Shown here: piece by piece, positions 20,501-31,200 of the stretch
How the letters are laid out: every line of letters starts with the position of its first letter
Position numbering within the stretch: the first letter of the stretch is position 1
Source: a virus
Lineage: Duplodnaviria; Caudoviricetes
DNA length: 42,942 nt
Strand: one strand, 5' to 3'
Virus record (IMG/VR): IMGVR_UViG_3300030095_006577
Coordinates: 1-42,942 of that record
Position numbers and translations under genes: made by a program
The notes under the pieces: generated by a model
What the model saw: only the letters and a program-made list of their open reading frames with translations
The model's database searches: none
Told to the model about the DNA's origin: nothing

Positions 20501-23500
20501 CTGAGTCGGTACACTCATCTGAGATGATAAACATTCTAAGTCGTGATGATGAATACTTTACTAGAGATCAGAGGCCAATAAGATATTATTTCTCAATCGA
20601 GAAGAGCATGTATCAGGTCATTTCAGATGAAATGCTCAACACATTTGCGACAATGGTAGAGTTCAATAATTTAATTGGCGATCCTGTCAATAGGTATAGG
20701 CAAGACTACAAGCTTTTAGAAAAGGCCAGAGCCCTTTATTTTGAAAGTATTGAGAATGATCCCGATTTAGATAAATTTGTTGAGTTTTATAAATGGATAG
20801 ATTCCTCTCTGTCTAACTTCTTGCAACAGTTAGTGCCAGCGTCTGCGAATTCCTCAGACGAAATTAGAACATTGGTTGAAAGTCACGTATTAGAAAGAAA
20901 TAAATATTGGTCAAAATTCCCAACATTAGAGAAGAAGACGCCTGGGGGAGCAGGTGGGTTATTGGCCGCTGGTAGCACGTCAGGCGGTGGTACTAGTGAA
21001 AGCCCATATAGATCTCGTGACGGCTCCAACTTTAGATTAGATAGTGCCCCTATACCATATGTAGAGTCGGAGCATGCCCCCTATTGGAAGAAGAAGGCCT
21101 CGCGTCTTGAGGCACCTCTGGCTACAGGTATTACGGGAGTTGATAATGACAGACAATCGATACTAGAGGTACTAAAGACTGGGTATGAGCGTGATGCCAA
21201 AAGACCCTTTGTTTTAACAAAGAAGTTTCATAGAAGTATCCATGGCGGAACGAACTTCCCGAAAAATAGAGAAAAGGAAATAATAATAAATTCCACACTC
21301 CCCAATGGCCCTAGAGCGGGATCTGGAACGCCACTAAACATAGTGCTGATTGATGATGAAGAACTCTTTGATTTCCAAAATATAAATGATGTAACAGATC
21401 CAAATGGAAAGAAATTTTATTCTTTTAATTGTAGGATAAGAAGAGAGGATGAGACTGGCCTCTTAAACGTAAATAATAGCACCTATACCTCCACTATAAA
21501 AGGTCATATAGCAGCACCTTTTAGGCTCGTTAGCGGATCTGTGGAAAGTGGGTACAATTTACTTCTAAAAGATGGTTTCAAGAGCGGCACAATTTTAACG
21601 AACTTGCATGAAGATACGTTTGTTAATAACGAAAGACCGATGCAGGGACCGTTTGCAGATGCCCATGTTGGTGGCCACCAGTCAAGACACGTCGACATTA
21701 ACAGATTCGATTCTAGTAAAACAACTAGAAACCAAATTGATAGTTATCAAACTAGGCCAGAGGCATTCAAGTTATTGCTTGGGATTGAATACGGCACAGA
21801 TACGAATATGATAGGCATTGTTGGGCCTGATTATCCATATCCAGTTGGACCATACCCACACACAGAATTCAAAATGGCAACAAGGTATAGAAACGTTGGT
21901 GCTAAAAGACCAGTAAACATTAGAAACATACAGTACAACACCTCGTCGGTTGTCCTTGGTAACTACACTAGAGACTATGAAATAGTTCAGACGTCTGGAA
22001 GATCTATAAATAATAGACATTTTGTTGACAATGAGGGCACTCCTTTGCCGCCTCATTATGTTGGTACTACAACAACAGTGAATAGCTATCTGAACCAAAA
22101 ACAAATTCATTGTATTTCTGGAACAATTGGAGCACTGGGGTGCCCTGGGTATCGCATTGTTACCAACAGTAGCTTGAATGACCCAACTGCGTTTGCATTC
22201 TCGATGTGGCTGTCTTGTTCAGATGCCTCCGCTCAGTCAACCACTAGGTTCCTTATTTCAATCGGTAGCGACGGCGCTTCAGGCGAGCGGTCGCTGCACA
22301 TAGACACTTCAAACAAAGTTGTATTTAGAGCTGGATATACTTCAAGAGACGGTGTTTGGACATCTGACAATGTTATTTGGAGCACCGATGGGTGGCACCA
22401 TGTTGCACTTACATACAATGATGGAGATGGAGATGCAAACTTATATATCAATGGCTCAGAGACATCAGGAGAATTTACAACCACTCCGCTTGGAACTTTT
22501 GAGACTCCCTCCTCCGATTCAACTTTAGTTTGTCGTAGGAACAATTCTAGCGGCCAAGTAGTAAACAACACCTCTTTCTACTCTGGGTCGATCGCTGAGG
22601 CGAGTTATTGGAATAAAAAATTATCCACTTCGGAGGTGTCTGAGATATATGAACGAGGGACTACGGGGGACTTACCTGGGCCACAAAACCTCTCCGAACA
22701 TTCAGCTGTATCTAATCTTGTATCATGGTGGAGATTTGGAGATGATACAACTGATACAGAAGTCCTAATAAAGGATCAAATATCTTCAAATAATGCAGCG
22801 AGTGTGGCAAACCTACCAGATAATGGCATGGAGTTGGTAGACCTTACGGCAGCAGATTTATTAATTGCTGGCGGCGGCACAGCAACATCGACAACGACCG
22901 GATACTTCCCAGAGACAACAAATGTCAATAGCTTGCTCGGAATCAATCCTCAATACACTTCTGCAGGCAACTACTTCGGAAGAAGGCAGGATAGCATAGG
23001 AGAACTAAGCAATAGATTCTCAGGCTCAACAAACTATACAGTTAGAAACCGTAACAGCAACAAGTTTGTATTTGCTGAAAGATTTTCAGCCCCAGGAGGT
23101 CCAGAGATAAATTCGGATGGCTTCTTAGATATAGCGGCAGAAGAAAAATCTGTTTACAACGCACTTCCATTTAGAAATCTATCGGTGCGTGGCTCTGGTA
23201 GTGGCGAAATTGAAACAATGCGCGCAAATAATTTGGGTAGAAGGGCTGGTCTAAGAACGTTGTTGTCGCAGCACGCTGAGCAATTTGGTGGACCACTTGG
23301 CTCAAGCACTCCTTCTACGACTTATCGAACTGATGCATCTTGGCACAAGGTTAATAGAAACCCAAGAAACAGAATACAATTTAACGCAGCTACAACATAC
23401 GTGGATAACAATTATGTTACAGGTGCTGTGTATGACAATACATTCATCACGCACCCCATCCCAAGAAGCGATTACCAATATACATGGATAACGGCGTCTG

Positions 23501-26500
23501 CTGACGAAGGACGGGGAAGAAGTGGATTACCACGAGGGCTCGTTCCAAGAAACTTCTACGGACACGTATATGGAGACAGCGAGCTTTCAAGTTCGCATAA
23601 GGGATTCCATCAGGCTATAAGCTTTGTGTCTGAGAGTGATGTTAGCGCGGCTCCAGAAGGCGGAGCACTGCCTAATATACATGTAGACTTTGTAGGATTA
23701 AATACGTTAGTTTTTGAACAAATTGATTTAGATAACAATATTGCTAGCGGAAGTGAGAAAGCTTTTGCTGGTACAGCTAACTATGTGAATGAATTTTTTC
23801 AAGTAAAAAATATCCAATCAGGCATACTTTCAGCTTCTATGTTAAACGCCCTCACCTTACATAGAGGCGGGGTATATGGTTTTAATACTTGGAAACAAAC
23901 GAGAGCGGGACAACATGCAGTTGCAAGAAAAATGCGAGAGGCAAATATAATATCTTATTTTAGAAAAGCAGATAATTTAGACTATCCTCTAAAGAACGAT
24001 AGGTTAACGCCACAACCGCTAAGGGGCATGGTGTCTAGTTTCACTGAAATGCCATTTGAAAACAAGTACAACCCCATAACACAAAATTTGTTAATTAGGG
24101 GCACGACAACTGACAATAGGCAAATAACAAGAAAGGCTACGATAAAAACAAGCTACGGAAACGCTCTAACTTACTTTAGTAATGAAGAGCTAAACAACCT
24201 ATTGGCTGAACAAATAAATCAATCAAGTGTGCCAGCCTACGATAGAATTAAGGACCTATATGCGAGAGATCAAGTAAACAATCCAGATAGCCCCGTAGAG
24301 AAGTTCAACTCTTTAACATACAGGGAAAGGGTGTATCCGTCATCAGTAAATGCTTTTTCCAGCAGTATACGAATTAGACAGCATTACACAAATACCTTTT
24401 GGAGAGATTTGCGCTCCGAAAGAGAGCGAGCAAACGTTTCTAGTTTTGGTAATACAATAGCTCTACAGAGTATGTGGTCTCTAGATGCAGACTCAGACTT
24501 TGAGACTATGAGCCCTCGTACCAGGGTCGGCTCTACGGGTGGCCCTGGGGTTCTTATGAACAGATATAATCAAATGCACATGGGAACTTTGTCAAACATC
24601 AAGCCAGGGCCTCAATATGTAAGAATTCACACGTTAGAGAATCAATTGGCTGCCGTTGCCCCCGAAGGACTTGATATACCTGAGCTTAGCCCCACCGCTA
24701 ACGGTGGTAGTCGAACACATGCTGCATTCAAAAGGTTCTGGAGGCAAGATCCCGAGAGCGATCGGTTTGGAGGCCAAGCCAAGTGGGATTGCGGTGATCA
24801 AGCAGGAAAGAACCCTTGGTACAACAGTTATGATGACTATGTAAACGAAATGAGGCTAAAAGGGAAAGAATATTCCATAGTCCCAGAGTTTAGAATCAGT
24901 GATCACATAGAGATGTATTACAAGGCTAACAATAGCGATTTCTTAGCCGATAGACTTGATTTATTTAAAATTGAAGGCGGAGAATCCAACAAGGATGACA
25001 GCTCAAAAACGGATTTCTTCAGAACGTACACAAATTCAGACTTTTTAAGATACTTTGGACTCGTTCGCGATGATATTAAAGAGGTTGGACAGCCTTCTTC
25101 GTTGAAACTAACATGTGGAGGATTGCTAAAGTTTCTCCCATATGATGGGTTTTACCCTGTGGAGAGAACAGTTGAAATGGCTCAAATGTTCTCGGCTTCA
25201 TACGGAAACTACGTTGTCCTTGAGAGGGGAACTGGCATAAGTAAAGAGGCTGCATTTAGAACGTTTATGGCTCCAATGTTCGCTCCCGGTGTAATGTACA
25301 ACACTATAAAGAGTGGGATAGCGGTAGACTATCCCGTAATGACTTCTAGCTTCCAAAAACACAGTGGAGAATTTCTTACTACCACCTCGGTTGCCGTGCC
25401 AAAATCAGGAGACATGGTTCCTAATCTTTATATATCCGGTTCAAATGGGATTGCCCAGTTTGGACATAGAGTGCCTTTTGAAGCTTTGCTTGAACCAGAA
25501 TCGTACATAGCAGATGTTGATTTTGTTGATATGGAGACGCACCCAAGTGCATCATTGGACGTAACTGCTTCTTGGGGTGGACAAGGTGGCAACTTATATA
25601 AACTAATGGCTAGTAATTTCTTAGCGGAAAGTATTGATTTCTTCTTACCAGAGTCAACCTTGACTACAATAACTTCAAAACCGGAAGATCAATGGGAAGC
25701 TGCGGAAGATAGAAAAGTGTATGGCGCTAGAATTAAGATGCGTAAGACTTATAACGTTCCAATTACAAGAACAGGCTCATTGGGATATTTTAATCCGCTA
25801 ACTCCTTATGATCTATGGAGGCAAAAGTCAGGTGATCCTGCTCGCGAATCGTTTACCATGTATAGTCGGCCCACTGCTTTCGGGCCTCCCGTGGGCGGTG
25901 GTACAACGGGTTCTTTAATATTTGCTTCTGCTGGTGGGTTTAATCCATGTTTCACTCCACCATATTATTATGGCGAGAGCTGGGCTGACATTTTCTGGAC
26001 CTCTAGTAAAGCAGGTACTATTACTGCTGATGATATCACTGACCCAAGTAACTTAGCAATATCATATATTAGAATTGGAAATGATTGGGCACTTAATGAC
26101 GGACAATCGCAAAACACTATGCTTCACTCTGCTAATATCGAAACAAACAGCATGCAGCTAGACGCAGCCCTAAACATATTGTCAAAAGCAACAACCAAGA
26201 AAATAACTTATGATGCTGACACAGGAAAACCAATAATAGCAGAGGATGGTGGAGAAACTGTGTTGACGGTGCAAACTAAATTTGAAACACCAATGCTTAA
26301 TTTTGCAGATGTTTCCCCTACTATTCCTGCGCAGGCTAGCTCTAGTGTAGCTAGGGGCATGTGGCATCAGTATGGCCAGCCGCCAGCCTCCCCGGATATA
26401 GGCGTGTTCTTATCAATAACAGATGTCCCGGATAATTATATTAAAAATGCGTTAGGTGGAAACCCAGCTGTAACGGGTTCTCTAATAGACCTTCTTGGTT

Positions 26501-27228
26501 TTAAGACTGAGGAGCAAAGACTAGGAGAAGTGGCCCAGTCAAAACTCATAAGTGAAGCTGTTGTAGCTGTTCCGTATATTGAGGCAGAGGGTCAAAAAAG
26601 CTTCTTTGAGATACCAAAGGCTGATATAGATGCTGCATTGCTGGATAGTCCAGAAGCTTCTGACAGCATTAAGCACATGGTAAACTCAATACAAAAATAT
26701 GTATTGCCACCTAAATTTGATTTCATAGAGTACCCAGACGTGATTACTCCATTTGCTATGTATATTTTTGAGTTTGAGCACATGTTAGATCGAGATGATT
26801 TGGTTGATATTTGGCAAGGGTTACCGCCTAAGATTGGCCAATCGTTTGATTCTGAATCAATTGAATTTAAATCTGGAAAGGGGCCCCATAGCTCTAAGAT
26901 TATAAAAGAGGTTGAAATATCACATCCATTGTTAGTAGGGGAGCTTTTGAATAAAGACAATTTGCCTAGTAAACTTAGATGGATGGTCTTCAAGATCAAG
27001 CGCAAGGCACAGAAAAACTACTTTGATAAGGTAATAAAAGACAACCCTAGCGATGGTGGGATATTTGATAGTAGTGACATAACTAAAGTTGGAAGAACTA
27101 ATTCTTCAAAAACTAGCATACCCCGATATAGCTATAACTGGCCATACGATTTCTTTTCTCTTGTTGAACTAGTTAAGCTAGATGCAGAAGTAGAATTTAC
27201 GGGTGATATACAAGGCGAGGAAGAGTAG
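17524..27228 (+). CDS. Giant baseplate/adhesin protein (3234 aa) with about three LamG/ConA-like domains and a gp7/gpI-like KxKGT motif
   Basis: LamG patterns STVEFWLR...WNHYAITL...KLYING...LDEFRYW and FAFSMWL...WHHVALTY...NLYING...IAEASYWNKKLSTSEV; a weaker one near 19570-20200. INKAKGTEKAFRNLIHCYG near 19280. Confidence 0.8.
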   Translation: MSTNDRFKSKPATLSAKSLDSLGKDAESADNVVATRKRVNVFLPPIDYSSASNFAVYGSAEKYYEDAVKRVYLEYPYDGSEKEINEYTLSSSFLDQYVLNKRYPRTCGQAVFAGKQWGTLVSTSGEYGAPATGSYEYISFFGGPNTNLSTSDSIHDAFSGSHNQNNIYDLSKKRGSNLALNPTSGSTVEFWLRKEAFDPSKTKKEVILDVWNGEATYTDATYGRFMVEISGSGHGAAGQNVFRLTYLSGTVGMTNQSIGLSTVTTASVANNLWNHYAITLASSSDSGFNGKLYINGELNDSKFFSNVGTLQEIRGPLRGNLGALAYTPPGSNDAPVKGWGKMSASLDEFRYWKIERSSEDIGRNWFTQVRGGTNTDDANVDLGVYFKFNEGITGNTGIDTTVLDYSGRISNGTWTGYNAFSRNTGSAIESSFAAPTEFRDPIVHPSHPDVSRVLGILKDQGKSYDQQNNSSIFNSLPAWIIETDSSGHLKNLVQIVASYFDKLQNQIREVPRLKNLTYLSSSYNSPSFSSDLVNSTGMFASEMFIDSNIMEQILSRDEDRNFDLDLDEIRNRIYQNIYNNLVHINKAKGTEKAFRNLIHCYGIDEQLIRFNTYGDEVTYELKDNFRSTVVAKNLVDFSDETRNDATIYQMTASSNTNSVSFISGSASGSLKPIGDQVEDYLGFTLEGEVIFPVTPDVCESTASIGNPIVSSSVFGMHGARGGTPADTTWPDTDYADIRLLAVRSGNDFNSEDAKFLLTSSIGGLPTLTSDIYKDVYDNKKWNFAVRVINDKYPLGDVITGVSSSSESYRLEFYGINQTLDVTENEFFLTGAISSQDAKRLLRSDKRIFAGAHRTNFSGSVLQLSDIKLSNVKYWSSYIDNKTIKAHARDTENYGTKFPHRNAFLTQKAATGSYIPQIETLALNWNFYNITGSNEAGMFTVDDSSSGSVELQKRYGWLGNIVKAQHTGLGYAFPENDKKAINKDFIYVARQTQPESVHSSEMINILSRDDEYFTRDQRPIRYYFSIEKSMYQVISDEMLNTFATMVEFNNLIGDPVNRYRQDYKLLEKARALYFESIENDPDLDKFVEFYKWIDSSLSNFLQQLVPASANSSDEIRTLVESHVLERNKYWSKFPTLEKKTPGGAGGLLAAGSTSGGGTSESPYRSRDGSNFRLDSAPIPYVESEHAPYWKKKASRLEAPLATGITGVDNDRQSILEVLKTGYERDAKRPFVLTKKFHRSIHGGTNFPKNREKEIIINSTLPNGPRAGSGTPLNIVLIDDEELFDFQNINDVTDPNGKKFYSFNCRIRREDETGLLNVNNSTYTSTIKGHIAAPFRLVSGSVESGYNLLLKDGFKSGTILTNLHEDTFVNNERPMQGPFADAHVGGHQSRHVDINRFDSSKTTRNQIDSYQTRPEAFKLLLGIEYGTDTNMIGIVGPDYPYPVGPYPHTEFKMATRYRNVGAKRPVNIRNIQYNTSSVVLGNYTRDYEIVQTSGRSINNRHFVDNEGTPLPPHYVGTTTTVNSYLNQKQIHCISGTIGALGCPGYRIVTNSSLNDPTAFAFSMWLSCSDASAQSTTRFLISIGSDGASGERSLHIDTSNKVVFRAGYTSRDGVWTSDNVIWSTDGWHHVALTYNDGDGDANLYINGSETSGEFTTTPLGTFETPSSDSTLVCRRNNSSGQVVNNTSFYSGSIAEASYWNKKLSTSEVSEIYERGTTGDLPGPQNLSEHSAVSNLVSWWRFGDDTTDTEVLIKDQISSNNAASVANLPDNGMELVDLTAADLLIAGGGTATSTTTGYFPETTNVNSLLGINPQYTSAGNYFGRRQDSIGELSNRFSGSTNYTVRNRNSNKFVFAERFSAPGGPEINSDGFLDIAAEEKSVYNALPFRNLSVRGSGSGEIETMRANNLGRRAGLRTLLSQHAEQFGGPLGSSTPSTTYRTDASWHKVNRNPRNRIQFNAATTYVDNNYVTGAVYDNTFITHPIPRSDYQYTWITASADEGRGRSGLPRGLVPRNFYGHVYGDSELSSSHKGFHQAISFVSESDVSAAPEGGALPNIHVDFVGLNTLVFEQIDLDNNIASGSEKAFAGTANYVNEFFQVKNIQSGILSASMLNALTLHRGGVYGFNTWKQTRAGQHAVARKMREANIISYFRKADNLDYPLKNDRLTPQPLRGMVSSFTEMPFENKYNPITQNLLIRGTTTDNRQITRKATIKTSYGNALTYFSNEELNNLLAEQINQSSVPAYDRIKDLYARDQVNNPDSPVEKFNSLTYRERVYPSSVNAFSSSIRIRQHYTNTFWRDLRSERERANVSSFGNTIALQSMWSLDADSDFETMSPRTRVGSTGGPGVLMNRYNQMHMGTLSNIKPGPQYVRIHTLENQLAAVAPEGLDIPELSPTANGGSRTHAAFKRFWRQDPESDRFGGQAKWDCGDQAGKNPWYNSYDDYVNEMRLKGKEYSIVPEFRISDHIEMYYKANNSDFLADRLDLFKIEGGESNKDDSSKTDFFRTYTNSDFLRYFGLVRDDIKEVGQPSSLKLTCGGLLKFLPYDGFYPVERTVEMAQMFSASYGNYVVLERGTGISKEAAFRTFMAPMFAPGVMYNTIKSGIAVDYPVMTSSFQKHSGEFLTTTSVAVPKSGDMVPNLYISGSNGIAQFGHRVPFEALLEPESYIADVDFVDMETHPSASLDVTASWGGQGGNLYKLMASNFLAESIDFFLPESTLTTITSKPEDQWEAAEDRKVYGARIKMRKTYNVPITRTGSLGYFNPLTPYDLWRQKSGDPARESFTMYSRPTAFGPPVGGGTTGSLIFASAGGFNPCFTPPYYYGESWADIFWTSSKAGTITADDITDPSNLAISYIRIGNDWALNDGQSQNTMLHSANIETNSMQLDAALNILSKATTKKITYDADTGKPIIAEDGGETVLTVQTKFETPMLNFADVSPTIPAQASSSVARGMWHQYGQPPASPDIGVFLSITDVPDNYIKNALGGNPAVTGSLIDLLGFKTEEQRLGEVAQSKLISEAVVAVPYIEAEGQKSFFEIPKADIDAALLDSPEASDSIKHMVNSIQKYVLPPKFDFIEYPDVITPFAMYIFEFEHMLDRDDLVDIWQGLPPKIGQSFDSESIEFKSGKGPHSSKIIKEVEISHPLLVGELLNKDNLPSKLRWMVFKIKRKAQKNYFDKVIKDNPSDGGIFDSSDITKVGRTNSSKTSIPRYSYNWPYDFFSLVELVKLDAEVEFTGDIQGEEE

Positions 27229-27234
27229 TTAAAA

Positions 27235-28263
27235 ATGGCTTTTTTTAACAAAAAAGAGGAAGTTATAGATCTTGAATTAACCCCCCTTGGTGAGATTCTT
27301 TTGGCCGAAGGGAACTTCACTCCAGTTTTTTATGCTTTCTATGATGATGACATTCTATATGATGCCGCTGGCGCAGCAAGTGTTGGCGAGGAACAAAACG
27401 ATATAGAGGATAGGATTCAAACAAATACTCCTGCGCTCAAAACACAATATTTGTTTCATGGAGTGGAGACAAGCGTTACCACTTTAGTTGCCCTAAACAG
27501 ATTGGCGGCACTCGTTGATCCAAGCCATAGGGAAAACGAGCAAACACTTTTCCCGCCCTCTGTCGATGGAGATTTTTCTTTAATTGAACCACTGGGGTCC
27601 ATGGAGTTGGGCAGCGAAAACGCACCTTCCTGGGATATCAGGGTATTAAAGGGAGAACTCTCAGGGGCGATTAATTACATAACTAGTTCAGCACCGGCTG
27701 GTGAAAACTCCGAGGTAAGAAGGATACCTCAATTGGATTTTGATTTTACATATAAAGTTGAAGTGGGGTATTCTAAGGACGTACCTCCTGAAAGTAGGGC
27801 TGGGCAAGTAATTAGCGAAACGTACAATGATGGCACATACCTATTCCTATCAGATGGGATCCCTGAGTTAATCTTTAGTGTTGACGAGAAAAATGCCTCG
27901 TCTGATACCCAATATGACATAGAGGTTTTTGAGGTATCATCGGACCCAGCGTTTAAAAACATTTTAACACCAAAAACCTTCCCAGAAAAAATTCCAATTA
28001 TTGTTGACAATATCTTATTAGACCAGGAGCAAATTGCAACTATGTTAAGAGATGAGAGCCCCCCAACACCCGATATGGTCCCATATTATTTTAACATTGA
28101 TACAGATCTAGAGATACCAGAAGAACAAATATGCGAACTAATAAGGAGCCTAAAGACGCGCGGTGTGGAGGTTGATGATATACCCTATGATTGTCCAGAT
28201 ATATTAGCAGTTGGAAGATTTGATATTTATGATACAAAAGCAACTGGCGGAGAGGAGTGTTAA
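27235..28263 (+). CDS. Putative tail/baseplate structural protein, paralog of 35400..36326 at the N-terminus
   Basis: MAFFNKKEEVIDLELTPLGEILLAEGNFTPVFYAFYDDDILYD aligns by eye with MAFLDNSGDILLDAVLTDLGRQRLARG...FALGDDEIDY. Confidence 0.65.
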   Translation: MAFFNKKEEVIDLELTPLGEILLAEGNFTPVFYAFYDDDILYDAAGAASVGEEQNDIEDRIQTNTPALKTQYLFHGVETSVTTLVALNRLAALVDPSHRENEQTLFPPSVDGDFSLIEPLGSMELGSENAPSWDIRVLKGELSGAINYITSSAPAGENSEVRRIPQLDFDFTYKVEVGYSKDVPPESRAGQVISETYNDGTYLFLSDGIPELIFSVDEKNASSDTQYDIEVFEVSSDPAFKNILTPKTFPEKIPIIVDNILLDQEQIATMLRDESPPTPDMVPYYFNIDTDLEIPEEQICELIRSLKTRGVEVDDIPYDCPDILAVGRFDIYDTKATGGEEC

Positions 28264-31200
28264 ATGTTAAAGATAGATGAACAAGCGCTTCAATGCTCGG
28301 CGGCTCCTAGCGTATACGTTCGCACAATAAAAATTCTTGAAGCTTCAGTGCCACAGGTCAAGACAAATAATACTACCGATAACTCTAGAAAACCTTCAAA
28401 GACCAAAAATGCAATAGATGGGACAATTGGTTATGAACCACCGCCCATAAAGATACAAGATAATGATAGCGTAAATGGTCTGCGTGTGTTACTTGACCTT
28501 GCTATCGCTGCAGTAAACAGTGGAACAGAAAAGGGTTTAAATTGGATTGACAATGAGGACGTAAGGAAAACGCTTTTAGTAAAAATTGTCCAATCTACAA
28601 ACAAGGAGCTATCAACCAGACTTACTACAGAAGAAGGGGCCAAGTTTTTTGATGAAAACGACACAGGAATTTTTCAAGGATACAACAAGTTCATTGATTA
28701 TCAAATAAAGCAGGTCTCCCTAGCCTCGCAACAAAACCAAAAAAGCAAGGTTACTGAAAAAATAAACTCTTTAACATCAAACAAAATTTTAAACTTAGTT
28801 GAGAGAATAGAATTTGATATTCCTATGCAACCCACACACTTAAATTATTTTGTGTTGTGCCAAGTGGGTGAAACCTCAATAGCGAGCCCCCTTATCCCCC
28901 ACAGCCCAATAATTATTGAGAAGGTTATAGAAAATTCGGAACTCGTAGAGAGGGCGTTTAGGTTCGTAAATGCAGATGATGGCGCAGTGTGGGCCGGCTC
29001 TGCTCACGACCACCCAGAGCGAGGATGGATGCAGGGAGCTTTTCATACCGACGAGCCACACAAATCCCTTGTAAGACAGACAGTTGATAATGTAAAAGTA
29101 TCATACATGCCAGATGTCAATAGACTTACAGATGTCCAAATCAATATTTCAAATGATTTGAGTGATGAAAGGATTAACTATTTTTCAAACTTGTATTTAA
29201 CAAGAGATAAATTTGGCAATGCCATATTTGGATTTAATTTTGATCATTTAAACTTTATGATAAATAATTCAAAATTTGGAGGACTATTTTTAAATTCAAC
29301 GCCAGATCTAGTCAGGTCCCTGATAGCCTCTTCACCTATAATTGATTTGACAATCAAAAGAGAGCGTATTCACATTAGAAGAGCAGCAAATCGTCTAGAA
29401 AGCGAAGCAGACCTTGTAACAGACTTTATAACAAATCTCAGAACAGAACAGGATGAGCAAACAGTCATTTCCACATACGACACGTCTGGGATATTAAAAA
29501 GTAACACAAAATATTCTTTTAATGGGGCTCAGTCGCATCTTAATTCAAGGCAAGTTTATGCGGGCGATGAAATACCACCAGATTTTAGCCCTTCAGCTAC
29601 AATAAGAGAAGTCTCTTTGGGTAATTTAACTGGATTTAGGATGTTCACAGGCCAGGACCTTTCAATATCCAGCGTTAGTGATGGCATGTACCAATATTCG
29701 GTATCGTTGCAAATCAGAGATGGCACAAGTGAACTTCTTCAAAACAGGCTAAACGAATACCTACTTTCGATACGAGATGTTGAAGAGTACCTCTCTAGAG
29801 CTTCTTTTTCAAAAAATTATGATCAAAGAACAAATAAGTTTACAGAGGCATTCATATCCTCTGAGTTGAATACAACATTGGGGCAAGGGTGGTTTGTTGC
29901 AATTATGAAATATATAGAAACACTCGACTTGCTAACAGACATAAGTGAAAAAGATAAATTATCTTTAACATCCGCCTTATATTCATTGGTTAATCCTGTT
30001 GTTGCAACACCGGACACCATAACAGAGTTTTTAAACATAATGAACTCTCTTGAAAGTAAACTCAAAAAAATATTATCAAAAGAATCTGCTAGACACACTA
30101 GGGAAAAGAGTTCGATTTCGACCGGGGGTAGTTACCCAATCTTTGAAATTTCCCAGGGTTTTCAGGATGTTTTTGACTCAAATATAATAAAAAATTCAGG
30201 TATTGATTATTTAGGAATACAGGGCACCTCTGGTATGGCAAGCATGACTAGGGATGGCTTCATTTCTAGATTAGATACAGAATACAACAGAGTTGACGGG
30301 ATCAAATACACCGTTCCTGAAATTCAAACGAGGTTTAATTTTCTAACACCAGAAAATGTAACTAGCTTGTTTAGCGATAAAACCAAAGGATCTGATATGG
30401 CCCCTTCTTTTGTTGAACTTAATGGAGAAAGAGTTAATTTGTTACCACAAAATATAGATTCTCTTGATTATGTCTCCATAACTGCAATCTTGCAAAATAT
30501 CCTATTTAACAATGCTGGCGGGTCTCGTTTTATTGGAGCTTCTAAGCAAATTCTTAACTTGTTAAACGACGTGGGCAAAGGGTCAGACGAAGATAGAGTA
30601 GTAAAGATTAAAAACTTGCAACAGCAGACCTCACAAGTATTAGGGTTAACCATAGAGAACAATGGTGGACAATCTGGTCAAGCAAGTTCCACCATTTCCT
30701 CTGATGGGTATGTTGGCGCTAGTAACAAATTTACGAGTGGAGCCCCAGTAGAAGAATCAATATCTGTTAGGGTCGAGGATGTTGAACCAGAAAATGCAAC
30801 ATCTCTTGTTAATAGGGTGCTGCAGATTCTAAATGTAAATTCTAATTCTACAGTTACAGAGAGAAATAGAACACAAAATGCTATCTCTTTTGATCTTAGT
30901 AAAGAAAATAATTTTATTTCAAAAAATATCATACCTTCTAACCAAAGGGATGATATAGCTGTTACTCAAGCAAGGATAAATAACTTTTTAACAAATGATT
31001 TACCACACCAGCAGAAACTGCTAACCTTAAGAAAAGCTAGGCTTTACTCTGATGCGGCAGCGGTAGCGTCTAGTGATGACGATACCGAGGTCGACGCTTT
31101 TATGTACAACTTTGGCATGCTAAGAAGAGTAGAATATCTTTCTGGGTTTAACGGAGGCTCTATAAAGTCTGAAATATGGAAAAAGCTTACGTTTCAAAAT

